A DNA stretch of 64,000 nt from a virus (taxonomy: Duplodnaviria; Caudoviricetes), in IMG/VR virus record IMGVR_UViG_3300042991_000365, positions 1,540 through 65,539 of that record; one strand, written 5' to 3'. A program made the translations under genes and the position numbers. The notes below the pieces were generated by a model. That model was not told the DNA's origin, ran no database searches, and saw nothing but the letters and a program-made list of their open reading frames with translations. Positions 20,872 through 30,969 of the stretch are shown piece by piece. The first letter of the stretch is position 1. The number at the start of each line of letters is the position of its first letter.

Positions 20872-21195
20872 ATGAAACATGTGAATGAGTATAACAATTT
20901 AAACGAAAGAAAAAGGTATAAAGATAAAATATCACACCAATATAAATTAAATCAATATCAAAAATATGATCCTGAAAATGATGAGTTTTTAAGAGAAGTT
21001 TGGTGTGATAAATCTATTCCAAAATATGTTTCAGAAGGTAAAAAGTATCGTTTATATGCTGAATTTGAAACTGGAGCAATGATTTCTGGTAAATGTTATG
21101 TTGTTTTAACTGATAATAAAGAATTTGTAGGATTAGATTCTGAATATTTTTTAGAAGATTATCAATGGATTGCATCAAAAAAATATAATATATAA
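20872..21195 (+). CDS. KYNI-tail family protein
   Basis: MKHVNEY...SKKYNI. Confidence 0.85.
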   Translation: MKHVNEYNNLNERKRYKDKISHQYKLNQYQKYDPENDEFLREVWCDKSIPKYVSEGKKYRLYAEFETGAMISGKCYVVLTDNKEFVGLDSEYFLEDYQWIASKKYNI

Positions 21196-22509
21196 ATGAA
21201 ATATATTAGAACTTACGATAATTTTAAACCAATTAAAATAAATTCTGAAAAACCATTTAAAGTAAAAAAAAACATTGTAAAAAGTGTTAAATATTTACAA
21301 GATAGAGTTAAAAGTTTAAGACGTAGAATTTCTGATGAAAAAGACATCAAAAAACGTTCAGACATGAACAAAGATGTTAATAAGAATGTTAAAAAAATTA
21401 GTGATCTCAATTTTAAAAACCTCAAACAAATAGAATATTTAAGAAACAATCCTATTAAAGAAGAATTAGAAAACATTGAAGAATTAGAAAATAATGAAAA
21501 TTTGAAAGATGTTATAAGCTCACCAGATTTTAATATTGAAGATATTGAAAAATATATCGGTATTGATGATGATGATTATCAATTAGATTTTTTTGATGGA
21601 TATTATTCCAATAATAAAGAGGAATTTAAATTATTCGTAGAAGAATCTACCTTAACAGATTTATTAAATATTGAAAATGGTGCTATAGATTTTTTTATGC
21701 AATTTCAAGACTACAATAATTATGAATATAATGTTAATGATGATGAACTAAATTATTTGCATTGTTATTTAGATGAAAATAGTTCAAATAAAATAAAAAC
21801 ATTAGCAAAAGCATTTAAATATAAATTAAAAATAAATAAGCATGGATACGAAGAAGATACTATTAATGATTTTTTAACATATTTAGGATTAATTGATTTT
21901 GAAAAAGATATTTTAATAGAAATAAGTTACGAAAAAGAAAGATGTGTAACTAAAGAAGCAAAAAGAATAATAGAATCTCTACCTTTTGAAATTTCATATG
22001 AATATAATAATAAATTTAATTATGAACTTATTTTTAATATTGATACTATATTTAAATATATTGAGGAAAATAAATTAGATAATATAAAAACCATAAAAGA
22101 TTTTTTAGAAAACATTTCTGAGTCAAGTGAGTTAACATATGAAGTAGAGTATCAATCTGATGGTGATGCTGATTATAAGAATTTAAATAAAAGTATAGGA
22201 GAAGAATTAGATAAATTTATAAATAGTCCTGATGAGGTTTTTCCATATATAATAATGGTAGATAGTTTAAGTGCAATTAAAAAGAATATCAAATTAGCAT
22301 TGTTTGATTATCATTATGAAATCAGATTTAATTATGATGAAAAGAAAGGTAACTTATTTGAATTGGCAATAGAAGTTAATGGTAAAATTTATGATTGGTT
22401 TAAATCAGATGAATTTGCAACACTTATTAAAAAAATAGGTGATAACGATAGTATAGCCGCTTATAATGAATTTTTATTTGGTGAAAATGTAAAAAGATAT
22501 AATATATAA
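21196..22509 (+). CDS. large acidic KYNI-tail family protein
   Basis: MKYIRTYD...VKRYNI; basic N-terminal region then acidic body. Confidence 0.88.
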   Translation: MKYIRTYDNFKPIKINSEKPFKVKKNIVKSVKYLQDRVKSLRRRISDEKDIKKRSDMNKDVNKNVKKISDLNFKNLKQIEYLRNNPIKEELENIEELENNENLKDVISSPDFNIEDIEKYIGIDDDDYQLDFFDGYYSNNKEEFKLFVEESTLTDLLNIENGAIDFFMQFQDYNNYEYNVNDDELNYLHCYLDENSSNKIKTLAKAFKYKLKINKHGYEEDTINDFLTYLGLIDFEKDILIEISYEKERCVTKEAKRIIESLPFEISYEYNNKFNYELIFNIDTIFKYIEENKLDNIKTIKDFLENISESSELTYEVEYQSDGDADYKNLNKSIGEELDKFINSPDEVFPYIIMVDSLSAIKKNIKLALFDYHYEIRFNYDEKKGNLFELAIEVNGKIYDWFKSDEFATLIKKIGDNDSIAAYNEFLFGENVKRYNI

Positions 22510-22952
22510 TGTTAATAACAGATTTTAAAAGTTATATAGATGAATTAAAATCAATTGAGAAAAGAAAAAAACAAATTGTTGAAGACATAAAAATGTCTTT
22601 TAGAATCAACATAGAAAATGAATTTTCTAAACATTTGGAAACATTAGAATATAAGGATAGTAAAATTTTTTTAATTGATTATGATTTTGGAATACGAGTT
22701 GGAAATCCTGCTTATAATGATTCTAATAAGTCAGTATATTTACATGTTAATACTGTTTATAAAAAGAAAATTGAAAATCGTTGGGTTTCAATTTATGAAA
22801 ATAATATGGAAAGCTATGATACAAATAGCGAAGAATCTATTGATATTTTTGTTGAAAGATATATTAAAAAAATAAAAAAATATAATATCAAAAGATCTTT
22901 AAGTAGAGATAAAAAAAAATTAAAAAGAGATTTGAAAAAGTATAATATATAA
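22509..22952 (+). CDS. KYNI-tail family protein
   Basis: MLITDFK...KKYNI occurs twice near C-terminus. Confidence 0.82.
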   Translation: MLITDFKSYIDELKSIEKRKKQIVEDIKMSFRINIENEFSKHLETLEYKDSKIFLIDYDFGIRVGNPAYNDSNKSVYLHVNTVYKKKIENRWVSIYENNMESYDTNSEESIDIFVERYIKKIKKYNIKRSLSRDKKKLKRDLKKYNI

Positions 22953-22982
22953 AAAAAGAGAGTTAATTAACTCTCTTTTTTT
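22951..22982. terminator. bidirectional terminator / palindrome
   Basis: AAAAAAAGAGAGTTAATTAACTCTCTTTTTTT between convergent genes. Confidence 0.8.
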
Positions 22983-22991
22983 ATTTTTAAT

Positions 22992-23600
22992 TTATTGTTG
23001 AAATAAATTTTCTTTCACATCACTATCTGCATAATATGCTGTAGCTGTTGAAATTTTAGAATAAGCCACTGTAATACCATCATTAGTTGCATCATAATTA
23101 AATGCATTGCTACCAGACATACCCATTGATTCAGCTTGAAAACAAGAATCTTGATTTGCGCCTAAATATACAAATTCGGTATTATAACCTTCTCTCATAT
23201 CTGTTACCATATTTTTAATTAATTCTTTATGATAAACTCTTGATGAATTTTCTTCACCATCAGTTAAAATAACAAACAAAGTTTTATTTGGTCTATCTTC
23301 TGATGAAGTTACACCCAAATAATCTACATAATCATCAATCATTTTACCAATAGCATCATAGAGAGCAGTACCACCTCTAGCATAATAAGTTTTCTTATTT
23401 ACGTTTTCTACACTTTTAATATCCACATTTTTATATGGCATATAAAATTCAGTATCAAAAAACATTAGTGAAAAATCAATTTGATTATTACTTTCTTTTT
23501 GTTCGTTTAAGAATTTATTAAATCCTTTTCTAGCTTTTTTGATAATAGATTCCATAGAACCAGACATATCAATTATACAATTTATATTTATCTTTTTCAT
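22992..23600 (-). CDS. von Willebrand factor A domain protein
   Basis: MIDAS DMSGSM, GGTALYDA, LTDGEEN. Confidence 0.92.
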   Translation of the reverse strand: MKKININCIIDMSGSMESIIKKARKGFNKFLNEQKESNNQIDFSLMFFDTEFYMPYKNVDIKSVENVNKKTYYARGGTALYDAIGKMIDDYVDYLGVTSSEDRPNKTLFVILTDGEENSSRVYHKELIKNMVTDMREGYNTEFVYLGANQDSCFQAESMGMSGSNAFNYDATNDGITVAYSKISTATAYYADSDVKENLFQQ

Positions 23601-23608
23601 TTTAAAGT

Positions 23609-24574
23609 TTATTTTATTTTGAGATATTTTTGACTTGGTTTGATTCTTATAAACTTACTAGAATTAATTTCCCTTTTAGTAATACACAAATTTTCTATAT
23701 TACCAATAACATAAGGATCAATATTTTCGGTAAAACCCTGAAATATTGAAATTTTATGATCTATTGATGGATATTTTTTATCTAAATAATGTAAATTTAA
23801 ATTATCTTTAATATATTCATTATCGTAATAATCATATCCATTCCAATTATAAAATAATTCTTTTTTATATTTATAAATTAATCTTCTAGTAATCTTTCTA
23901 TATTTTTCAAATTCAGTTAATTTATCTTCTGATATAATTAAATTTCTTTTTATTTTTGTTTTATTAGCTTTTTTTGATGCTTTTTTTACAATCTTATCTA
24001 TAAACATTATATTATATTGTCCATATCTTTCTAAGCATGTAATTTGACCTTTCTTTTTTATTTCATCAACTAACATAACATTTTCAACACCATATTTATC
24101 TAAACAAGTTTTCTTCTTTTTCTCATTTATTAAATTATAATAATTATTTAAATCACCATGTTTTGCTATAATATGTTTTTTTAATATGTTTGATCTTTCT
24201 TTTTTTGATGTTTTTTTGTTATTTTGTTTCATAGTTTTTGAAACTTTATTTGATATTTCATTAACTAACATAACATTTTCAACACCATACTTTTCAAGAT
24301 TGGTTTTTTTTATTCTACAATATTTACATTCTTTACAATAATATAATAAAGAATTGTTTCTTATAGTGGATTCATAATAAATTTTATATTTAATTTTTAG
24401 TTCTTTTTTACAATTATCGCATATAACCGAAACAATTGCACCAGAACCTTTATGAATATCTTTTGTATAAACTTCAATCTCATCTTTGGTGTTTACAATT
24501 TTATATCCTAACTTTAAATAATGATTTAGAATAGAAATTCGTAATTTAATTTTTATCAGTTCTTGTTTTAACAT
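23609..24574 (-). CDS. putative free-standing homing endonuclease (HNH-like) with KYG repeats
   Basis: CDNC..CKEC ribbon, repeated KKTxLEKYGVENVM, C-terminal SIDHKIS..NL..N. Confidence 0.65.
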   Translation of the reverse strand: MLKQELIKIKLRISILNHYLKLGYKIVNTKDEIEVYTKDIHKGSGAIVSVICDNCKKELKIKYKIYYESTIRNNSLLYYCKECKYCRIKKTNLEKYGVENVMLVNEISNKVSKTMKQNNKKTSKKERSNILKKHIIAKHGDLNNYYNLINEKKKKTCLDKYGVENVMLVDEIKKKGQITCLERYGQYNIMFIDKIVKKASKKANKTKIKRNLIISEDKLTEFEKYRKITRRLIYKYKKELFYNWNGYDYYDNEYIKDNLNLHYLDKKYPSIDHKISIFQGFTENIDPYVIGNIENLCITKREINSSKFIRIKPSQKYLKIK

Positions 24575-24609
24575 ATTTATATTATCTGTTTACCTTATAT
24601 ATAAATATT

Positions 24610-25506
24610 TTAATCCAATTTATTTCCACACTTTGGACAATATAGCCAATTAGATTTTCTTAATCTGTAGGAACAAAATCCACAATATTGTCTAATTTCA
24701 TTAGAAGTGCGATTCATTTCAGAAAAAGGTAGCATTTTATATTGAATAGAATAAAAAGCAACATTTGAAAATTGAGCATTAACTGTTTTTAATGTTTGGC
24801 TTGAAACATCTCCCATTTCAATTCTACCTGTTTCTACTAATGATAAATCACTTTCTGTTGTAAAAACACCAGGTGTCATCATACCTTCAAAATCTACAGA
24901 TGAAGTATGTGTAATATTACTACTATACATTCTAGAATTAGAATTGGTAGTACTAAATGAAGCAAATGTATTGGTTGATCCTGCAGCACCACACACACCA
25001 GTTGGTCCATTTGGACCTGCACATCCTTGAACACCTCTTGAATTACCAAAATGTGGCATACTTTTTGTTTTTTTAAAATTTGATTTATAAACAAAAGGTT
25101 TAGGTGGAAAATTATAATTTACATTTACATCTTCCATTCTACTATAGCTGTAATGTTCTTTATAAAAATTAAAAGAAATTACACCATTTTGTTGAATTGC
25201 TTCAACTGCTTGTTTGTTGTTACCATCAACAACATAAGTTTCAAACAACATTTTTCGTTGTTCATCTAAAAAACGATCTAAAATTAGATCTTGTCCTGGA
25301 TTTAAAACTAGAAATCCATCTCCTTTTCTAGTTCCGTTAAACATAATTTCAATCCCTATTTTTTCTTGTAAAGGATTAAAAAATCTTAACTCAAAGTTAT
25401 CACCATTGTTTAAATAAACAACATTGTTTTGATAAACTTTTAATTCATTTCGATTTTTGGTTACTAGGACAGAAGGTAATCTATCCAACATTCTTGAATG
25501 TGTCAT
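24610..25506 (-). CDS. hypothetical protein with C-terminal zinc ribbon
   Basis: YCGFC...YCPKCG; short Gly-X-Y stretch. Confidence 0.8.
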   Translation of the reverse strand: MTHSRMLDRLPSVLVTKNRNELKVYQNNVVYLNNGDNFELRFFNPLQEKIGIEIMFNGTRKGDGFLVLNPGQDLILDRFLDEQRKMLFETYVVDGNNKQAVEAIQQNGVISFNFYKEHYSYSRMEDVNVNYNFPPKPFVYKSNFKKTKSMPHFGNSRGVQGCAGPNGPTGVCGAAGSTNTFASFSTTNSNSRMYSSNITHTSSVDFEGMMTPGVFTTESDLSLVETGRIEMGDVSSQTLKTVNAQFSNVAFYSIQYKMLPFSEMNRTSNEIRQYCGFCSYRLRKSNWLYCPKCGNKLD

Positions 25507-25660
25507 ATTTATCTTTTTATTTTTATTTTTGACTTGCTAATTTATTTATTGCATTTCAACAATTCAAAAGTCATATTGACTCTAAACTAACATAGACCAA
25601 AAGATATCGTTTTAAACGATATTATATATATAAATAAAAATAGTTATAGTTTATACTTAT

Positions 25661-26644
25661 TTAATATTTTTTCTTAAATTTTACATAATTTATTTTTTCT
25701 AATAAATAATATAAATTATGTTTTTGAATATAATAATAACATTTATTAGATTTTTTATAAAATTCATTAAATGTAGTATATTTAGATATTTCTTCTTCGC
25801 ACATTTTAATATTCCAATAAATAACATCTTTATGCATATGTTTAGTATATTCATTTAATAATTTCAATCTATATAATTTACGATATAAACTATATTCTTT
25901 AGATTTAAAATCTCTATAATTATTATATTTGTTTGTAATTTCTTTAATTTTATCATAATCCAATATACTATTATTTACATATATTAATATATCATTTTCA
26001 GAAATATTAATTATATTATCATCAATTATATTTGTATTACAATGTTTATTAATTTTGTTTAAATATTTTTTTAATTGATATTTAATTGAATCTTTTTCAT
26101 TTATTCTAATTAACATTATATTATTTTTAATGCATAATTCATCTTTTTTATTATCTATTTCTGGACGATGCCAATACAAACCATCATATTCAAAGGCTAA
26201 TTTATAATATGGAATATAAATATCTAATTCATATGGTTTAATTATTTTTTTATTATTAAATAAAATTTCTTTATTAAATAATTTGGATACAATATATTTT
26301 AATATTAACTCTGGTCTACTTATATTTTGTGAAATCATATGAGAACAAATATCATTAATTATTCCCATTTTAATAGCAGCACAGTAAGCACTATTATCTT
26401 GCTCTCTAAAATCTATTTTAGTTTTATAACTTTTTGCTATAATTTTTAAATTTTCATAAGATAAATTCCTTGTTCTTGTTTTATTTATTTTTGTCCTAAG
26501 TTCTTTATTTTTATATAATTTTAAATATCTAGCCTTTCCTTGTACACTTGGTTTAGTTGTATTTAAAAATTTAGAAATTTCTAAATTTGTATTATCTGGA
26601 TATAACTTAATTAGTTTATCTAATTTATCCTTTGTCCATTTCAT
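25661..26644 (-). CDS. putative PD-(D/E)xK (Vsr-like) homing endonuclease
   Basis: ELDIYIP..LAFEYDGLYWH; helical repeats. Confidence 0.75.
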   Translation of the reverse strand: MKWTKDKLDKLIKLYPDNTNLEISKFLNTTKPSVQGKARYLKLYKNKELRTKINKTRTRNLSYENLKIIAKSYKTKIDFREQDNSAYCAAIKMGIINDICSHMISQNISRPELILKYIVSKLFNKEILFNNKKIIKPYELDIYIPYYKLAFEYDGLYWHRPEIDNKKDELCIKNNIMLIRINEKDSIKYQLKKYLNKINKHCNTNIIDDNIINISENDILIYVNNSILDYDKIKEITNKYNNYRDFKSKEYSLYRKLYRLKLLNEYTKHMHKDVIYWNIKMCEEEISKYTTFNEFYKKSNKCYYYIQKHNLYYLLEKINYVKFKKKY

Positions 26645-26784
26645 TTAATTTTTTTATTTTTTCCAATAAATTCTTTTATTTTATTCTCAATAAATAAAGA
26701 TTTGTTTATTGATTTTTCTTTAGATATATTATCAAATTCTTTACAAATTTTTTCATCTATTGTAAATGTTTTTTGAATTTTCAT
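26641..26784 (-). CDS. ribbon-helix-helix protein (below cutoff)
   Basis: MKIQKTFTIDEKICKEF...INKSLFIE; ATGA overlap with endonuclease. Confidence 0.7.
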   Translation of the reverse strand: MKIQKTFTIDEKICKEFDNISKEKSINKSLFIENKIKEFIGKNKKIK

Positions 26785-26870
26785 ATTTATTTATATTGTT
26801 TTATATGTATATATTAAAAATGTTGGGCCATGTTTGAATTATTATTAATATTTTTTTATATATTTGTAGC

Positions 26871-27176
26871 ATGGTAAATAAAAATGAAATACAGACTTGT
26901 TTTAATTATTTTGAAGAGAATATTATAAAAAATGAAAAACAATTTAAAGAATATTTAAAATTTTCAGAACTAAGGTATAGACAAATTATACCAAACAAAT
27001 CAATAGATGTAAGTATAAGAACATGTGATTATTTTATAAATGGTTATGATAAAATAGAAATATCAATAAAAATAATTTATACAACCTCATCTGGTATGAG
27101 ATGTTGTTATAATTTGAGAAATAATTTTAATATTATTAGTTTTATGCGATATATTAAATTGAAAAAATTAAAATGA
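26871..27176 (+). CDS. RxxKLxKI-tail family protein
   Basis: Ends MRYIKLKKLK; TATATTTG immediately upstream. Confidence 0.7.
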   Translation: MVNKNEIQTCFNYFEENIIKNEKQFKEYLKFSELRYRQIIPNKSIDVSIRTCDYFINGYDKIEISIKIIYTTSSGMRCCYNLRNNFNIISFMRYIKLKKLK

Positions 27177-27603
27177 AATGAAAGATTGGCAAATAGCATA
27201 TATAATGTTTGGTAAAAACACCAAGAAAGAATGTAAATTGGTTTCCAACATTTTAAAAAATGCAACAATAGAACCTTTGTGTGATGGTTGGAGTATAATA
27301 TATGATAATAAATTAAATGATGATTGTGGATGGATAATACCAAATGAGTGTTTAGATTAAAAAAATTTTTAATATTTTTTTAATATATATTACTAATGAA
27401 CATTAAAGTATTATATACAGAGGTCATTACTAAAAAAAATGCTTTAGAATATATTAAAAAAACTAAAGATAAGTCTGAAGTTGATGAATATCTGGATATT
27501 ATAAGTGCATTAAATAATGGACTTGATGTTTTTAATATCGTTACAACAGATGGAGAATATTTAATGTTTTTAAAACCTGATAAGAAATCTAAAAAAAGTT
27601 AAA

Positions 27604-27984
27604 ATGTATTATAAAAAACTTGAACACTATAATAGTATAGCAACAAAAATTGATGACATTTTAAAATATTTTAATATTATTGAATTAAACGATACTACAT
27701 ATTATAAAAATCTTATCATTTTTATGAAAGAAATATTTATTAATAAAGAAATAAGCTTTACCTCTATTGATGTTCCTAAAAATAATCCTATAATAACAGG
27801 AAAATGTATAAATATTAAAACATTTAATTATAAATATAATTATTTTTTTAAATTCAAAATTGGCACTATATGGTATTTAGTAGATGCAAATAAAGATATT
27901 ATAGTTAAAAACTATGATGCTAATAATAAAAAATATCACAAAGAAGTAGAGCTAAAAAAAGAAATGATAAAATATAATTTATAA
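27604..27984 (+). CDS. KYNI-tail family protein
   Basis: MYYKKLE...MIKYNL. Confidence 0.8.
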   Translation: MYYKKLEHYNSIATKIDDILKYFNIIELNDTTYYKNLIIFMKEIFINKEISFTSIDVPKNNPIITGKCINIKTFNYKYNYFFKFKIGTIWYLVDANKDIIVKNYDANNKKYHKEVELKKEMIKYNL

Positions 27985-28012
27985 ATTAATTATTATTTAC
28001 TATTTCATATTT

Positions 28013-28621
28013 TCAATTTTTTAATTTTTCTTGCAATTCCATAAATAAATCATAATAATCATATGGATTAAAAGTATTATAACTTTTATCTAATTCTTTT
28101 TTAATTTCGTTCATACTTGAATAATTAACAATTTTTTTGTGTTCTTTTATTTGCAAACCAAAGTCTAATATTCTTAAAGCATGAAAAATATTTTTTATTG
28201 ATGATTCAATAAGTTCATCACGATATGCTAAAGTTGAAAAATACCAACTTGAGGAAGCTTTTGTTATTATTTTTTTAACAAATTCTTTTTCGTAAAATTT
28301 TGTAATACCAAAATTCATATTCTTTTGAATCACTTTTTCTTCAGGTAAGAAAATACATTCTAATGCTGATATTTCATAGTTATTAATAGCATCAATGAAA
28401 CCTGCTCTTGAATAGCAGGTTCCTTGAATTTCTCTATCAAATGATGAAATCGCATTATCTTTAAATGCACCACTTGGAAGCAATGATGATTTAAAAACTA
28501 TAACATAGTCACTATCAGAGTATTCATCATCAGTACCATAGATTTTAGAACCATATGGATATATGTTCAAAACTTTTGAATGGTCTAACCTTAATTTTTC
28601 ACAAATTTCTTCCGCTTTCAT
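28013..28621 (-). CDS. nucleotidyltransferase, Pol-beta superfamily
   Basis: YGS..YGT...SDSD motif; HALR. Confidence 0.8.
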   Translation of the reverse strand: MKAEEICEKLRLDHSKVLNIYPYGSKIYGTDDEYSDSDYVIVFKSSLLPSGAFKDNAISSFDREIQGTCYSRAGFIDAINNYEISALECIFLPEEKVIQKNMNFGITKFYEKEFVKKIITKASSSWYFSTLAYRDELIESSIKNIFHALRILDFGLQIKEHKKIVNYSSMNEIKKELDKSYNTFNPYDYYDLFMELQEKLKN

Positions 28622-28829
28622 TTATTTTTTCTAATTTTTCGTTTCTTATTGCTTTTAATAAATATGGACAATCTTTAGGTGTTACTTTTTCTAAATTTAT
28701 TGTTGTATTAGTTTTAGTACATATATAATAATAATGCATAAATTTTAAATATTCACAATTTTTTTCTTCTTTTTTAACAGAATAAATATCTTCACCACAA
28801 AAATGTTTTACTCTAACTGGACCTTTCAT
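28599..28829 (-). CDS. RxxKLxKI-tail family protein
   Basis: IRNEKLEKIN. Confidence 0.7.
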   Translation of the reverse strand: MKGPVRVKHFCGEDIYSVKKEEKNCEYLKFMHYYYICTKTNTTINLEKVTPKDCPYLLKAIRNEKLEKINESGRNL

Positions 28830-29026
28830 TATTTTTCAATTCTTTCAATTTTTAATTTTCTAATTTCTTTTAAAGTCATGAAATATTCTTTTTCTATTGC
28901 TTCATTCCAATCACCATCACAAGAAATGTAATATGTATTTTCTACTTCTGCTAAAACATCATACCATAAACCTACAGATAACTCAAAAAAATAACTTGGA
29001 TTGTTTTTGATACACTGAACTTTCAT
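28829..29026 (-). CDS. RxxKLxKI-tail family protein
   Basis: MKVQCIK...IRKLKIERIEK. Confidence 0.7.
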   Translation of the reverse strand: MKVQCIKNNPSYFFELSVGLWYDVLAEVENTYYISCDGDWNEAIEKEYFMTLKEIRKLKIERIEK

Positions 29027-29029
29027 ATA

Positions 29030-29647
29030 TTATTTCATATTAGGTCTAAAACTTCTTTTATCATCAAAGCCTTTACTTAATATTTTTTCAACGTCAGTTT
29101 GAGTATTTTCAATTTTTTCTTTTTCTGATATTTTATTTGATAACCATTCAGACAACATTAAAAATATATCTTCAGCTTTAAGAAATTTTGGTAAATATAA
29201 TTCATTTAATTTTGGAAATTTAATTGTTTCTCTTTCTTTTACTGGTCTTCTAGTATTATAGCGAGATAAAATAATAGGACAATCAAAAAATGAATTAATA
29301 TTTTCTGTGTCTTTTTTAATATCTTTATTAAAGTCAACTAAATACCTATCAATATCAATTGAAATTAAAGTATCATTTTTTTTCTTGTCGATACTAGATT
29401 TATAATATGACCAAGATTTATATTTACTTTTAAATTGCTCTAAATCTTCTCCATAAAAAATTTTATCACCATCACAATAACCATCAATAACATATCCAGC
29501 AATAAACAATTGAATTTTTTCTTTATAGAACATATAAGAATCTGGACTAGCAATTCTTCTATCAAGTATTAATTTAGGATCTTCACCATAAATTCCAACT
29601 AAATAGTCGTAGTAATCTTTATTTCCATTTTTATCTATTATTTTCAT
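29030..29647 (-). CDS. conserved phage-type hypothetical protein
   Basis: KDYYDY N-terminus, KI.SKGFD.KRSFR C-terminus. Confidence 0.8.
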   Translation of the reverse strand: MKIIDKNGNKDYYDYLVGIYGEDPKLILDRRIASPDSYMFYKEKIQLFIAGYVIDGYCDGDKIFYGEDLEQFKSKYKSWSYYKSSIDKKKNDTLISIDIDRYLVDFNKDIKKDTENINSFFDCPIILSRYNTRRPVKERETIKFPKLNELYLPKFLKAEDIFLMLSEWLSNKISEKEKIENTQTDVEKILSKGFDDKRSFRPNMK

Positions 29648-30169
29648 ATTGTTTAATTTAATGTATTTAATAAAAAATTCATATTTAATATTGCTAAGTC
29701 ATTTTTTATTTTATCATGACTTAAAATATATTTCCATTTATTGCCATTCTTTGTTATATATATTTCATTTGTATCATTGTCTAACCAAGTATCAAAAACC
29801 ATTTTAATATGAAATACATTTTCATTATAAAAAAACATATTATAAATATCTTTAAAATGTTTTTTGTCGTTTTTAGTTATTTTCCAACAAGTTTCCATAA
29901 TTAATATTTTTTACAAAGATAATAATAAATATTAAAACAAATATAATTTTTTAGAATAAATATAAAATGGGAGTAAATAAAAGGATATTAAGTAAGAATT
30001 CAATTAAATATGTTGCTAAAAACAATGATATCGAGTCGTTTATTAATTATTTTAATTCTGATATAATAATGACAAATGATTCTTTTTCATCATATATTTA
30101 TAATAAAATTATAAATGATGATAATATTTTTACTATATTTAAATATTGTAATGAAAATTAAAATTAAAT

Positions 30170-30649
30170 ATGAGAAATGAAGTTAGAATAGATAATTTTT
30201 TAAAAAAAGTGAATATTAATCATTTAATAACAAATATTTGGAAATTACCCGACATTAATGTTCAAAATATTATTAATAATATACCCATCATTAGAGAACA
30301 CTGGATGCATATGCCAGATTTAAGATTTAGTCAAATATTAATTTATTTAGATTATGTACCAAATTTAAGTGGTGGTTGGTTTTATTATGAAGAAGATGAA
30401 ATACTTGAAATCCAAGGCTATAAACCAAGAGAATATACATTTTGGGGTAATTTGTATGACAAAGACAAAAACAAATTACCAGAAGTTAATTATATATTGG
30501 TTAAAGATTTAAATATTGATCATATGCAGAATTTAATTGATGGTAATTGGATAAAAAATGGTACTAAAATTTATAAAATTATATCTGATGAATTAAAAAT
30601 AAGGTCAAGAAGAGAAAAATTGAAAAAAATTAATAAAAAAAGCAGTTAA
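30170..30649 (+). CDS. RxxKLxKI-tail family protein
   Basis: PDLRFSQIL; ends RREKLKKINKKSS. Confidence 0.8.
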   Translation: MRNEVRIDNFLKKVNINHLITNIWKLPDINVQNIINNIPIIREHWMHMPDLRFSQILIYLDYVPNLSGGWFYYEEDEILEIQGYKPREYTFWGNLYDKDKNKLPEVNYILVKDLNIDHMQNLIDGNWIKNGTKIYKIISDELKIRSRREKLKKINKKSS

Positions 30650-30664
30650 TATTAACTGCTTTTT
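30637..30664. terminator. palindromic bidirectional terminator overlapping two stop codons
   Basis: AAAAAGCAGTTAATATTAACTGCTTTTT. Confidence 0.7.
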
Positions 30665-30903
30665 CTTTTATATTTTCTTTTAATTTTATTTAAAACTTTT
30701 TTACTATATTCATTATCTATTCTTATGTAATTTTTTATCCAAGTAAATATTGATATAAATAGTCCAATATTACCAGTTATAATAATGATAAACATAACTG
30801 TATATTTTAATAAACCATTGTCTAATCTTGAATTATTATTGTAAACAATCGCACCAATAATACCAGACAATATCCATATAAATAAAGATAAAATTAATAT
30901 CAT
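30652..30903 (-). CDS. small membrane protein
   Basis: Two hydrophobic helices. Confidence 0.7.
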   Translation of the reverse strand: MILILSLFIWILSGIIGAIVYNNNSRLDNGLLKYTVMFIIIITGNIGLFISIFTWIKNYIRIDNEYSKKVLNKIKRKYKRKSS

Positions 30904-30925
30904 AAAAATTATTTTTTTTTAAGTT

Positions 30926-30964
30926 AAAAAAAAACCTCAATACTCTTTCAAATATTAAGGTTTT
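30926..30964 (-). terminator. intrinsic terminator closing large ncRNA
   Basis: Minus strand AACCTTAATAT-loop-GTATTGAGGTT then U-run. Confidence 0.75.
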
Positions 30965-30969
30965 AATTT

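Noticed and set aside
24980-25036. Collagen-like repeat
   Set aside because: Only about six or seven Gly-X-Y units; too short to call a collagen fibre protein.
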